A stretch of DNA of 63,490 nucleotides, counting the filler, from Chiloscyllium plagiosum (lineage: Eukaryota): assembly GCF_004010195.1 (NCBI RefSeq). It is 4 parts of one record of this genome, joined end to end, with 100 filler letters (N's around TTAATTAATTAA, not from the genome) between each part and the next. Parts side by side here need not be neighbours in the genome. Positions count along the whole stretch, not along the records: positions 1 to 25,186 come from NC_057710.1; positions 25,287 to 52,392 come from NC_057710.1; 2 more parts are not named here. One strand, written 5' to 3'. The notes beneath the pieces are model-generated. The model searched no databases, was not told the origin of the DNA, and saw nothing but the letters and a program-made list of their open reading frames with translations. A program made the position numbers and the translations under genes. Numbering within the stretch: the stretch's first letter is position 1; the number at the start of each line of letters is the position of its first letter. Shown one piece after another: positions 13,161 to 26,124 of this stretch.

Positions 13161-14642
13161 TCCCCTATGGACAAGCCCAACACATACATATGATCTGTTC
13201 AAATGAGGAATGTGATGGACACCTGAAGGTGATCAAGGATACTCTCATAAGAACAGGGTAGCTCAACTCATCAATCGCCAGTTCTGATGTGCCACAGTGA
13301 GAAACCATAAGGACTTCCTCAGGAGCCAGACCGATAGTGTACCCTTCGTTGTCCTGTACTTCCCAGGATCCAATAAACTACGCCATGTTCTTCACAGCCT
13401 GCAACACATTATCGATGAGGATGAGCATCTCGCCAAGACCTTCCCTATGCCTCCACTTCTCACCTTTAAACAGGTGATAAACCTGAAATGGACCATTGTT
13501 CGCAGCAAACTGCCCAGCCTCCAGGACAACATCGACCACAACACCATACAACCCTGTCATAGCAACTGCTGTAAGACTTGTCAGAGTGTCAACATGGATA
13601 TCACCCTTACTCGTGGGGATACCACCCACCACGTACGCGGCATGCACTCATGTGGCTCAGTCAACGTTGTCTATCTCATACATTGCAGGCAAGGATGCCC
13701 CAAAGCATGCCACATTGACGAGACTAAGCAGATGCTACAACAACAGATGAATGGACACTGCACAACAATCACCATACAGGGGTGTTCTCTCCCAGTTGAA
13801 AAACACTTCAGCGGTCAGATTCGGCCTCGATCTTCGAGTGACCATCCTCTAAGGCGGACTTTGGGACAGGCAACAATGCAAAGTGGCTGAGCAGAGGCTT
13901 ATAGCCAAGTTGGATACCCATGGGTAAGGCCTCAACCAAGTCCTTGAGTTCATGTCACACTACAGGTGATCCCACTACAATATACACATGAACACACTCT
14001 TACATATTCACACACTCACGCAGACCCTCTCTCATATACATGCTCTCTCTCATACACACACACATACACCCCCAAGCACACACCCACTCACAGGCTTATA
14101 CTCCATCACACAGATACACACTTTGCCAAGCTTTCTCACGTGCAAGCACACTCTCTCACATGCACTCACACTCACACGCACACACACTCTCTCTCTCTTT
14201 CTCATGTATGTATAAACACATATAAGTCTATATGGTGAATTTATATTTGCAGAATTATATTTGCAGATACATTATACTCAACTGCACAATCAGCAGGCAG
14301 TCAATGCAGGCACTCACTCAATCAATGTCATATTTTGTAAATTCCAGTTTGGAAATAGAACCAATCTGACTCAAGATCGGGATATAGACAGACTAACCTC
14401 ACACTTTTAATGCATTGTCTAAGCTGATATGTAACCTTTTGTTATAAAGCCTTAAGTTATCTCGAGAAGGTGACTTAAAAGAAGCTCTGGGATTTACATA
14501 TTAATGAACCGAAACTTGCAACACATTCTAAAAGGTGAAAGACTTAACAACAATCCAGGTTTGTTCAATGTATAATTTCAGTTTCATGACACTGTAATCT
14601 TTTGCTCTAAATTCTGTGTCGTATGGTCTTATATTCCATAAC

Positions 14643-14677
14643 CACCTGAAGAAGGAGCAGCGTTCCGAAAGCTAGTG
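14643..14677 (+). ncRNA. Minimal hammerhead ribozyme (family A, 3' pLTR)
   Basis: cac-CTGAAGA-aggagcagcgttcc-GAAAGCTA-gtg. Confidence 0.65.
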
Positions 14678-14715
14678 TTTCCAAATAAACCTGTTGGACT
14701 ATAACCTAGTGTTGT

Positions 14716-15524
14716 GTGGTCGACGATGCCCTCCACCGCATCTCTTCCACTTCCCGCTCCTCCGCCCTTGAGCCCCGCCCCTCCAACCGCCACCAGGACA
14801 GAGCCCCACTGGTCCCCACCTACCACCCCACCAACCTCCATGTACAGCGTATCATCCACCGTCATTTCCGCCACCTCCAAACGGACCCCACCACCAGGGA
14901 TATATTTCCCTCCCCTGCCCTATCAGCGTTCCGAAAAGACCACTCACTCCGTGACTCCCTCGTCAGGTCCACACCCCCCACCAACCCAACCCCCACTCCC
15001 GGCACCTTTCCCTGCAACCGCAAGAAATGCAAAACTTGCGCCCACCGTGGCTCAACACTTCAACTCCCCCTCCCACTCCACCAAGGACATGCAGGCCCTT
15101 GGTCTCCTCCATCGCCAGACCATAGCAACACAACGGTTGGAGGAAGAGTGCCTCATATTCCACCTAGGAACCCTCCAACCACAAGGGATGAACTCAGATT
15201 TCTCCAGTTTCCTCATTTCCCCTCCTCCCATCTTGTCTCAATCAAATCACTCAAACTCAGCACCGCCTTCCGAACCTGCAATCTTCTTTCTGACCTCTCT
15301 GCCCCCATCCCACTCCGGCCTATCACCCTCACCTTGACCTCTTTCCACCTATCGCATTTCCAACGCCCCTCCCCCAAGTCTCTCCTCCCTACCTTTTATC
15401 TTAACCTGCTGGACACACTTTCCTCATTCCTGAAGAAGGGCTTGTGCCTGAAACGTCGATTCTCCTGTTCCTTGGATGCTGCCTGACCTGCTGCGCTTTT
15501 CCAGCAACACATTTTCAGCTCTGA
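14716..15524 (+). mobile_element. PLE family B 3' portion (C-terminal coding region plus hammerhead terminus)
   Basis: RAPLVPTYHP...FPCNRKKCKTC...VAQHFNSPSH...RLEEECLIFHLGTLQPQGMN, typical of a PLE thumb/GIY-YIG C-terminus with internal deletion. Hammerhead at 15426-15461. Confidence 0.88.
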
Positions 15525-16149
15525 TATTTAATTTTGCCCACCCCAGTCCAACACCAGTTCCTCCAAATCATTATTAATGCACAAATGAGCAGATGATTTC
15601 TGTATTATTAATTTTAGGTTATAATATGTTGCATGATGGTGCACTGAAAGAACAAAGTATAATAATTGTTTCATTTGCAAGTAGGTGAGACAACCACAGA
15701 AAACAAAGAGAAATCAGGTTAATTGTGTTAATTGTACTGGTACCTCTGTCAGACTAACAAAATCTTGGTGGGCTGGGAAACTTCAATGATTTAGAAGTAT
15801 TTTATTGTGCTGTCAAGTAATGGAGCTTTTTATTTGATTTTAATGCCCTTTTAACTGTAGTGACATGTGTTGCACACAAAAGTCCATTTCAATTTCAATC
15901 CTTTTTCGCAAAATTAAATAAAATCATGATTAAAAACTTCTGACTTATCACATCAAACTTGAATCATCTTGACTTGAGTTGACTGAGACCTGAGAAGATC
16001 ATAAAAACCCCCTGCACGTTTCTGAAATTTAAACACATGCGAGATGGGAGGACTATGTCAGTTTACAGTGGTAAAGGTTAATATAGATTAAATGGTGAAG
16101 ACAAAAGTCTGCCACGTTATTTTTAACTGTTCTCTCAATTTCTTGATAT

Positions 16150-16875
16150 GGAGGTACTGATGTTGTATAGGGTTGGAAAATGCTTAGAAGTCAGACGACA
16201 TCAGGCTATAGTTTCTGGATTAGTGGTTCTGGAAAAGCACAGCAGTTCAGGCAGCATCCGAGGAGCAGTAAAATCGATGTTTTGGGCAAAAGCCCTTCAT
16301 CAGGAATACAGGCAGAGTGCCTGAAGGGTGGAGAGATAAATGAGAGGAGGGTGGGGGTGGGGAGAAAGTAGCATAGAGTACAATAGGCAAGTGGTTAAAG
16401 ATGCCCTCCAACATCGATTTTACTGCTCCTCGGATGTTGCCTGAACTGCTGTGCTTTTCCAGCACCACTAATCCAGAATCTGGTTTCCAGCATCTGCAGT
16501 CATTGTTTTTACCTATCAGGTTATAGTTGATAAAGTGTGACACTGGGAGAAGTGCAGCAGGCCTGGCAGCATCTGAGGAGCATGAAAGTTGACATTTCAG
16601 GCTTAACCCTTCATCAACCACCAAGTTATAATCCAACAGTTTTATTTGAAATCACAAGCTTTCTGAATGCTGCCCCTTCATCAGGTGAAGTGCAGAGAGG
16701 CACATAGACACAGAATTTAGAGCAGAGAGATCAAACAAATGGTGTGAGTGGAGTGTTGACCGGTAGAATAAAGACTTTCTGCAGGTGATCAAAAGTGTCA
16801 GACAGAGTGATAAAGTGTCAACCGCTGAATAACAAGTGAAGGGATGACATTTAACCCAATTAATTGAGGCAGAAC
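16150..16875 (-). mobile_element. PLE family A-like terminus containing nested family B inserts
   Basis: caggttatag...ccaacag terminus split by a fold-back family B insert (16214-16514, TSD atcaggYtatagtt) and an older B fragment (~16530-16617). Confidence 0.7.
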
Positions 16876-17778
16876 CTGTGAAAGTTCACTTTCTGAATTC
16901 TAGCATTTATCACAATTCATGTATTTATCCCTTTTGTCAAAGAAACCAGAAAGGCGGACAGATCAATTGACTGTATTTACTGTTAACTGCTGTTGTACAA
17001 ACAGCCCTTAAATTAACTCCTGAAAATGTCACTGCCTCACGTACCACTAATGTATGATGTTTGAAATGGTGGTAGCCTCTGTCTGTAGTTAGGAAGGCTG
17101 ATCATTCTTAGAGGAGAGGCAATTGACTTTTAATCATCAGTGTTACACTTCACTGGGGGAGCACACTGGAAATCAAGATCTGCTGTTGGCACAAGACTTA
17201 TAGAGTTTATGAAAGTATACAAAATTCTTCCAATTTACCTATCTTTTATATCCAGAATGACTGATCCAGTCTCTATACTTAACAAGAATGATTGTGTATT
17301 TCAATAAGTGGATTCCAGATAATTACAAACCTTCAACATGTAACTCTACTGGTTAAAAATCTGGACACACACACGCTCAAGCAATGATGTGATGGGTATG
17401 AAGAAAGACTGGAAACTCAGTTCAATGGTTCCTGTTCACAGGCTTTGCTAATGTTGTCCTTTTGGCTTGTCCGAATGTTTTGCTCTTTGATTCTCCTTCT
17501 CCAGACACTTTCAGTGGTTTGCAGAAGGTACACAGTTCACACATAGAAAGTCTATGTCTTATTGATTAAGAGCAACAGCTTAGAGCCATTACTGAACAAA
17601 AATTAAACGAGATTTCTTTGGGCTTGAGGTAGTTTTACTGCAGAGAAAATAAACTACACCTTCCCTTGTGGAGATGCAATGGCTTCTGCAAAGCTTTCTC
17701 ACTCCCAAACTGGAAGCTAATCACATAACAGTTGGCAAACCAAAGGTCTTTGTCACCAATAACTGGTCACTGGTTCAC

Positions 17779-18062
17779 AGGCACGGTGGCTCAGTGGTTA
17801 GCACTGCTGCCTCACAGTGCCAGGGACCTAGATTCAATTCTCCCCCTGTTCTACGTGGATTTCCTCTGGGTGCTCCAGTTTCCTCCCACAATCCAAAGAT
17901 GTGCATGTCAGGTGAATTGGCCATGGTAAATTGGATCGAGTGTTAGGTGTATTAGTCGGCGGTAAATGTAGGGGAATGGGTCTGGGTGGGTTACCCTTTG
18001 GGGGGTAGGTGTGGACTAGTTGGGCCAAATGGCCTGTTTCAACACTATAGGGAATCTAAAAA
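17779..18062 (+). mobile_element. HE1-type tRNA-derived V-SINE
   Basis: ggcacggtggctcagtggttagcactgctgcctcacag head (A box), gattcaattc B box, V-domain-like ggtgctccagtttcctcccaca, and a CR1-like tail gggccaaatggcctgtttc. Confidence 0.85.
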
Positions 18063-18164
18063 AATTCTAATCTGCTACTTGTTGCCAGCCAAAGCTTCAT
18101 TCATACATAGGCCCCTTGCGTAAAACTAGGTTTCCACTGTTGCTTAAACAGTCAACTATGTAAA

Positions 18165-18301
18165 CAAAATAAAAAGAATCTGTAGATACTGAAGATCTGA
18201 AACAGCAACAGAAATTCTTGAAGAAACCCAGCAACTCTGGCAGCATCTGTAGAGAGAAAACAGCATTAATGCTTTGAGTCTGGTGACCCTTCTTCAGAAT
18301 G
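18165..18301 (-). mobile_element. Short PLE family C terminus with decayed hammerhead
   Basis: Minus strand catt-CTGAAGA-agggtcaccagactc-aaagcatt-aatg followed by ctctctacagatgctgccaga. Confidence 0.55.
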
Positions 18302-20051
18302 ATGTAAATAGCATTTGCAATGAGTACCAGGCAAAGTTGCCTACCTGCAGCAATCTTAAATTTTTTTTTGGTTTTTAAAACTAGTTCACACTTAAAAATA
18401 CTGAAAAATAAAAAGACACATTTTTACATTAGGTTGAATTTCTACAGAGGCGTGGATCATGTCAGCTTTTTTCTTAATTTTCAATACCATATACCTCTAC
18501 ATATGGTCCCTTCAGGTTAGATTTAAGTCAAGAGTAAATATAGGATAATAAGGTAGGGGCAATGGATCTGGGTGTGTTACTCTTCAGAGGGTCGGTGTGG
18601 AATTATTGGGCCGAAGGGCCTGTTTCCACACTGTAGGGATTCGATGAAACTCATGGTGGATGATGGAGATTGTCTATAAAGTTTCAGCCGATACCAAGTT
18701 ATGAATAACTTGCTCTGAACAGACGAACGAAGAGGTAAATTGGCATTTTCCAAATTTACTTTAGGATGTACTGCTAACAAAGAGGAGACAAAAGAAATTT
18801 AGAATACACCAGATTGGATGAGAGTCAAGCTTAGCTCTGAAAAATGAAAGAATTATATTCTGACACAGTATCAAGTCCGTGAAAAGCACGAATTACACAT
18901 TCATGAAATTCAATGGAATTTCAAAATTTTTTGTCTGAAAATGAACCAGAAGTAAGAAGTATTTAGCAGTACAAGCATTGAGACACTGAGGCACTCGGAG
19001 TACATTGTGAATTGCAACAAGGGAGCTTATTTAATATGATCCTTACTTTGGAAAGTTTAAAAGTTAGCTGTGGTCTGTTTGAAGGCCTTGGCAGTGAGGG
19101 AGAAGTAACCAGAGGAAGTGAGTGACAGCTTTGTGTTGAGCATGATAGTGTGGAGGAGATTGCTGTGACTGTTGTGACACCAAACTGAAGAGATACTTGT
19201 GACTCATACTAAAGCACAATGCATTTTCATCTAAGAGTTTGATAGCACTCTACACCTTGCTCCAATGTGCAATTGACAATAACAGAGTTTTACACCAATG
19301 ATAGGTGATTTTCTTTAGTATAATTCCAGATTAACAGTTTTGCAATAAAACTGCATCTTCTTCAGTGACATTTATGGACAGTTTTATTATATTGACAAGT
19401 TAAAGGGAGCTTCAAACACTTGGATATGAATGGTTTGACAAGAAAATGATAATAATGCATATGTATGTACAAAGATTTCATGTAAAACAGAAATAACAAT
19501 AGGCAGGAAATAACAATAAAAGTTCAATTACTAAATAATATCTCTGATGTAAAGAACAAAGACTAGCCCATTTGACAATGATAAAAAGAATGCATCCTAA
19601 GTGAAAATAGAAGTCAATACATAGAAGTATTTGTGTTTCTGGTGTCCATTGTATTCTTCTCTCTCCAACTTCTACTCCATCCAGGAATCACCAGAAGAAG
19701 CATAACTGATGCTACAATGTTATCTGTTGGAGATCCCGCACGCTGCATCTCAGTTTGCCAAATGCTAAGTATGCAAGCCTATTGAAATGTAATGATATGC
19801 CAGATCAGATCCCAGAGGAAGTGGAATCCAGTTATAATGTTGAGTTTGCCATGGCATGTTCTCTATATCTTGCCTTTTCTGCCTCCAATATGAATTGGAG
19901 GCAGAAATAGGCCATTTAGCACCTCTAGCTTACTCCACAATAAGTTCATAGCCATTCTGATTATAACATCAAATTCTCATTCCCACCTGCCCAAATAATC
20001 TTTTAACCACTTAATTCACAAGAATCTATGTCTGCCTCAAAACTATTTAAT

Positions 20052-21215
20052 AATAGAGTCATAGAATTAGAGAGATGTACAGCATGGAAACAGACCCTTC
20101 GGTCCAACCCATCCATGCTGACCAGATAGCCCAACCCAATCTAGTCCCACCTGCCAGCACCCGGCCCATATCCCTCCAAACCCTTTCTACTCATATACCC
20201 ATCCAAATGCCTTTTAAATGTTGTAATTGTACCAGCCTCCACCACATCCTCTGGCAGCTCATTCCATGCAGGTACTACCCTCTGCGTGAAAAAAGTTGCC
20301 CCTTAGGTCTCTTTTATATCTTTCCCCTCTCACCATAAACCTATGCCCTCTAGTTCTGGACTCCCCGACCCCAGGGAAAAGACTTTGTCTATTTATCCTA
20401 TCCATGCCCCTCATAATTTTGTAAACATCTATAAGGTCACCCCTCAATCTCCGACGCTCCAGGGAAGACAGCCCCAGCCTGTTCAGCCTCTCCCTTTAGC
20501 TCTGAACAGACCAACGAAGAGGTAAATTGGCATTTTCCAAATTTACTTTAGGATGTACTACAGTGCGGCACTCCCTCAGCACTGACCCTCCGGCAGTGCC
20601 CACTCCCTCAGCACTGACCCTCCGACAGTGCCCACTCCCTCAGCACTGACCCTCCGACAGTGCGGCACTCCCTCAGCACTGACCCTCCAACCCTGGCAAC
20701 ATCCTTGTAAATCTTTTCTGAACCCTTTCAAGTTTCACAACATTTTTCGATAGGAAGGAGACCAGAATTGCAACAATATTCCAACAGTGGCCTAACCAAT
20801 GTCCTGCACAGCCACAACATGACCTCCTAACCCCTGTACTCAATACTCTGACCAATAAAGAAAACATACCAAACGCCTTCTTCACCATCCTATCTACCTG
20901 TGACTCCACTTTCAAGGAGCTATGAACCTGCACTCCAAGGTCTCTTCGTTCAGCAACACTCCCTAGGACCTTACCATTAATCCTGCTAAGGTTTGCTTTC
21001 CCAAAATGCAGCATCTCGCTTTTATCTGAATTAAACTCCATCTGCCACTTCTCAGCCCATTGGCCTACCTGATCAAGATCCTGTTGTAATCTGAGGTAAC
21101 CCTCTTCGCTGTCCACTACACCTCCAATTTTGGTGTCATCTGCAAACCTACTAACTATACCTCTTATGCTCACATCCAAATCATTTATATAAATGACAAA
21201 AAGTAGAGGACCCAT
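20052..21215 (-). mobile_element. CR1 (HER1-like) LINE 3' portion
   Basis: GPLLFVIYINDLD...FADDTKIGG...LERVQKRFTRMLPGLE; 3' end tgtacatctct...gactctat. Confidence 0.92.
20560..20688. repeat. ~32 bp minisatellite, about 4 units (cactccctcagcactgaccctccgacagtgc)
   Basis: Tandem units visible directly, inserted in the CR1. Confidence 0.9.
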
Positions 21216-21234
21216 TCCACCACATTTTTAGTAA

Positions 21235-22110
21235 GAGCATGCCTAAAGGTAAGACTGGATGTTAAATATTGCTAGATATAAATTATTTAGGAAAGGTTAA
21301 AAAAAAAGGAAAGCAGGAGTGGTAGCAGTATTGGTTAAGAAGATAAGTGCAGTATTGGAGAAGGAAGATGTCTCAGAGGGCTTAAGGAAAGATTCAACTT
21401 GGCTAGAGCTACAGAATAAAATGTGTGCAATTACATTTGCTCAGTGTTTTCTATACACAATAAACTAATGAAAAGGAATGTGTATGTAACTCTGTATGGA
21501 AATTACAGATAAATGCCAACATCATAGGGTAGTTATAATGTGGGACTTCAACTATCCATAAATAAACTGACGTAAGGAGCAGCAAGAGGCAAGTGTTCCT
21601 GGGCTGTGTTTGGGAGGGTTTCTTGCAGCAGACTGTGCTCAGTCAAACAAGAAAGGATGCACTGTTGGACCTTGGATAAGGTGGACCAAGTGCATTAAGT
21701 GTCAATGGAGGAACATGTAAATGCCAGTGATATTTGTATCACAATATTCAGCTCTTCCATTCTTCGTGCCAAAGTGCATAACCTCACATTTTTCCACATT
21801 GAATCCCTTTTACCAAATTTTTGCCCACTCATTTAGCCTGTCTCTATGCCTCTGCAGACTCTGTGTGTCATCCTTATTACTTCCCTTCCCATATTTCTGT
21901 GCCATCAACAAACTTGGCATTAATACATTCACATCTGTCATCCAAACCATTAACATATTGTAAATAACAATGACCCTGGTATTAATATCTGTGTTATTCC
22001 ACCAATTGCAGTTTACCATCCTGAAAATGTTCCATTTATCCTGATTGTCTACATTCTATTTGTTAGCCAAACCTCTAGCCATGCTAATATACAACACCTG
22101 ACATCCTATT
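21235..22110. mobile_element. Old CR1 fragments (plus-strand endonuclease part, then minus-strand RT part)
   Basis: Degenerate ...ggtagcagtattggttaag..., gggacttcaactatcc; minus strand LQRHRDRLNEWAKIW. Confidence 0.6.
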
Positions 22111-23644
22111 GAATACCCCCTCAGATATTGTGCCTCCTCTTCGTTTCTGCTCTTCCAAAAATGTTATTTGAATGGGGACTTCCTGCTCCGACTTGCCAGC
22201 TAATGCCAAATGTTTTAAAGCATGAAATACAGGTCAATTAGTTTGGTATCAAGCTCAGAAGTGCCAGCTGGTCTGCCAATTTTGGCACCCATCTCACTAA
22301 TGTATTGTGGGGACTGAATCAATGGGTGAGTGGATTTCACCAAACTCATATGTTATATGTGTCCCCTGAGAAAATACACCCAGTGCGGGTCATAAAATCC
22401 AAGAAAGTAACTCATCACTTTCAAAAGGAGTTACAGATGGACAACAAACGTTAACCTAACTGGTGACGCCTATACCTTGTGAAAGTATAAATAATTTGGA
22501 TGATTTTATAACTATAACACAAGCATTTCCATCACAAAAACCTCAAGCTGCCAGTCATGCTATTCAATTGTATGCCTCCCCACTTCCAGGCAGTTACCTG
22601 GCCAGCTGACATAGTATTCAATTCTTCAGCCAAACCCCTGTCCAAGTAACAGTGGCTCCCACTTTAAGTCCTGAACACACAAATTTGCATTTTGCTGCAA
22701 AATGCATTTCAGTGTCATTGCACATATCTTTGATTTCAGATCCTTTTCATTTCAGTTATTTTCGAAGAGCAATCAGTCTCAGCTTTTCCAATGACAAAAT
22801 GATCTTGTATGTAAATATGACTCCTGAGCCAATATTGACCATAAAGGACTTGCATTATAGTGCATTTACGTTCCATTTTATACTTCCAAATTTGAAAGCA
22901 ATTTAGTTTTGACTCTACCAGTGAGCAACAATCACACCCACTTCTTTTGTGGCTTTCTTTGCTGGAAGACTGAATCACAATATACACTTCTTTTGTTTTA
23001 CTCAACAAATCTAAACATGCCTGTAACTCCATCTTATTTATTCAAGCTAGAATTCACTCATCCTCCATTATAGCAACGTGTCTTGTCTTGGAGTTGCCTC
23101 TGTCTGTGTTTTCAGGTCTTTATAAAAATCATTCTTTTTTGCATCAGTCACTGGTGCTGCTGATGCACAGTTGTGAAAGTATAATGGAAAAGAATATTAA
23201 ACATATTCCAGATTAGCTCCATAATATTCTTATACCATTGGCTCTTCTTTGGCAGACTGTGATACCGCTGACAACTTTCGTCAGTACTTATTACAGTCAT
23301 AAATATAGTGTACAATCAAATGAGGAGATCGATTGCCTCTCTTTTTTCCCACTCCTCATTTGATTGCAGTAGGGTTTTTCAGAGGGTAAATTACCAGTTC
23401 AGAGAGTGGCTAACTGTTTGTCTGTTATGGTTGTATTAGGCACAATCAGACAGATTTTCAGATAAGAGGATAACTTTTATTGTACTGAACCTGGCCTAAA
23501 TAAATAATAAATATACACTGACCTTTGCACAACCAAGTAAATGCTCTAAGTTCATACATACAGACATTCCTGATATCAATTTTCCTACCCTTTTTCCAAA
23601 GCCCTTGATCCCCTACTAATCAAGAATCAATCTATTTTTGAATT

Positions 23645-25876
23645 ATTTGAATAGGTGACAAAGGCAGTGGATGTAGTTTAGGTGGACTTTAGCAAGGCTT
23701 TTGATAAAGTTCCACATGGCAAATTTTGTTACAAAAACTAAAATCATGTGGGATTCAGGCTGAGCTGGCTGATAGGATACAAAACTGGCTTGGTCATAGA
23801 AGACAGAGGGTAGCAGTGGAAGGATGTTTTTCAGAATGGAGACCGCTAACTGGTGATGTTCCACAGGGATCAGCCATAGGTCCTCTGGTGGTTGGAGTAT
23901 ATATAAAATGTGGGTGGTCTGATTACTAAGTTTGCAGATGACACGGTGGTGTTGCTGATAGTGCCAATGATTGTGAAAGGATACAACAGGATAAAGATAG
24001 ATTGGCATCTTGGACACAGAATAGCCCATGGAGTTTAATCCAGACAAATGAAAAGTGATGCATTTTGGAGGATCAAATTTAGGTGTGAATTATATTGTAA
24101 ATGGCAGAACCCTTACGAACATTAACATGCAGACAGCTATGGACATGCAGGTTCACAGTTGTCTTAAAGAGGTAACACAGGTGGCCAAGCTGATTAAGAA
24201 GGCATATGGCGTGCTTGCCTTCATTGGCTGGGTTATAGAGTACAAGAGATGGCAAACCATGTTGCACCTATATAAAACCTTTGTTAGACAGCCTTTGGAG
24301 TATTGTGTGCAGTTTTGGTCACCACACTACCAGAAGGACATGGAAGCTTTGAAGAAAGAGCAGAGCAGGTTCACTGGGATGTTACCTGGTCATGAGAGCA
24401 TTTGCTATGAGGAAAGGATAAAAAGACTAAGATTGTTTTCACTGAAAAATGGCGACTGAAAGGAGACCTGATAGAGGTCTACAAAATTATGAGAGGCTTT
24501 TACCCTGGGTTGAAGTTTCAATTACAAGGGGGCACAGATTCAAGATGAGAGGGGAAAAGTTTAAGGGAGATGTGCAAGGGAAGTTTTTCATGCAGAGACT
24601 GGTAGGAGCCTGGAACGCACAGCCAGAAGAGGTGGAAACGGGCACGTTGGGAATGTTTAAGAGGCATCTGGATGTTTATATGAATAGGGAGGGAATAGAT
24701 GGATACAGAGCGAATAAGGACAGAAGGTTTGTTCTTTAGTTTAGTTTGGGTATGATGATCGACACAGGCTTGGAGGGCCGAAGGGCCTGTTCCTGTGCTG
24801 TACTTCTCTTTTTTTTCTACTTTTTGTCATTTACATAAGTGATTTGGATGTGAGCATAAGAGGTACAGTCAGTAAGTTTGCTGATGACACCAAAATTGGA
24901 GGTGTAGTGGACAGAGAAGAGGGTTACCTCAGATTATAACAGGATCTTGACCAGATGGGCCAATAGGCTGAAAAGTGGCAGATGGAGTTTAATTCAGTTA
25001 AATGCGAGGTGCTGCATTTTGGGAAAGCATATCTTAGCAGGACTTATACACTTAATGGTAAGGTCCTAGGGAGTGCTGCTGAACAAAGAGACATTGAAGT
25101 GCAGGTTCATAGCTCCTAGAAAGTGGAGTCGCAGGTAGATAGGATAGTGAAGAAGGCATTTGGTATGCTTTCCTTTATTGGTCAGANNNNNNNNNNNNNN
25201 NNNNNNNNNNNNNNNNNNNNNNNNNNNNNNTTAATTAATTAANNNNNNNNNNNNNNNNNNNNNNNNNNNNNNNNNNNNNNNNNNNNTGCTCTGCCCCAGA
25301 GGGCAGTGGAGGCCCAGTCTCTGGATTCATTTAAGAAAGAGTTGGATAGAGCTCTCAAAGATAGTGGAATCAAGGGTTATGGAGATAAGGCAGGAAGAGG
25401 ATACTGATTAGGAATGATCAGCCATGATCATATTGAATGGTGGTGCAGGCTCGAAGGGCTGAATGGCCTACTCCTGCACCTATTGTCTATTGTTTATTGT
25501 CTCATTTGCTAAGAGAGGATTTGATAGAGACATACAAGATGATCAGAGGATTAGATAGGGTAGGCAGTGAAAGTCTTTTTCCTAGGATGATGACATCAGC
25601 ATGTACGAGGGAGCATAACTACAAATTGATGGGTGATAGATTTAAGACAGATGTCAGAGGCAGGTTCTTTACGCAGAGAGTGGTAAGGGTGTGGAATGCC
25701 CTACCTGCTAATGTAGTCAACTCAGCCACATTAGGGAGATTTAAACAATTTTTAGATAAGCACATGGATGATTTTGGGATAGTGTAGGGGGGCAAGATGA
25801 GAACAGTTCACAGGTCGGCACAACATCGAGGGCTGAAGGGCCTGTTCTGTGCTGTATTGTTCTATGCTCTATGTTC
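23645..25876 (+). mobile_element. Tandem cluster of CR1 RT and 3' fragments from several subfamilies, spanning a gap
   Basis: WLGHRRQRVAVEG...VPQGS, LEYCVQFWSPHY, FFTQRVVRVWNALP; several 3' UTR ends (24810, 25500, 25876). Confidence 0.9.
25231..25242. other. Artificial gap linker TTAATTAATTAA (also 52437-52448 and 60119-60130)
   Basis: Identical 12-mer centred in N runs three times; encodes stops in all six frames. Confidence 0.9.
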
Positions 25877-26124
25877 TGGAACAGATAAGTTGTCCTTCTG
25901 CAGCATTAAACTGTCTCATTATCAAAAATAGCAGGACCACTGAATGAAATCAACAGGACAGCCAAATTCCACCTGAAGCCAACTAAGTCATTGCTTTTTT
26001 TATTCATTCACGAGATAAGGGTGTCACTGGCTAGGCCAGCTTTATTGTCCATCCAGCCGTTAAGTGTCAACCATATTGCTGTAGGTCTGGAATCACACGG
26101 AGCTCAGACCAGGTAAGAATGGCA

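Larger units (their letters stand above)
11868..15571 (+). mobile_element. Penelope-like family A element with direct pLTRs, internally deleted ORF and nested family B inserts
   Basis: Direct repeats ~11868-12466 and ~14150-14718 + 15525-15571, both ending at ctccac/aaatcat. ORF from ATG 12467 (MATIDT...KFLQKCKKAGKIPKGL). GIY-YIG-like region CCKTC...NVVYLIHC...ETKQ at 13297-13890. Confidence 0.9.

Noticed and set aside
13966..14238. His/Thr-rich ORFs (also 59436-59859)
   Set aside because: Translations of the CA/GT-rich PLE 3' UTR.
17779..17845. tRNA gene
   Set aside because: It is the tRNA-derived head of a SINE that continues into V-domain and LINE-like tail.
20560..20688. CRISPR-like ~32 bp repeats
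   Set aside because: Head-to-tail with no spacers, in vertebrate DNA; this is a minisatellite.
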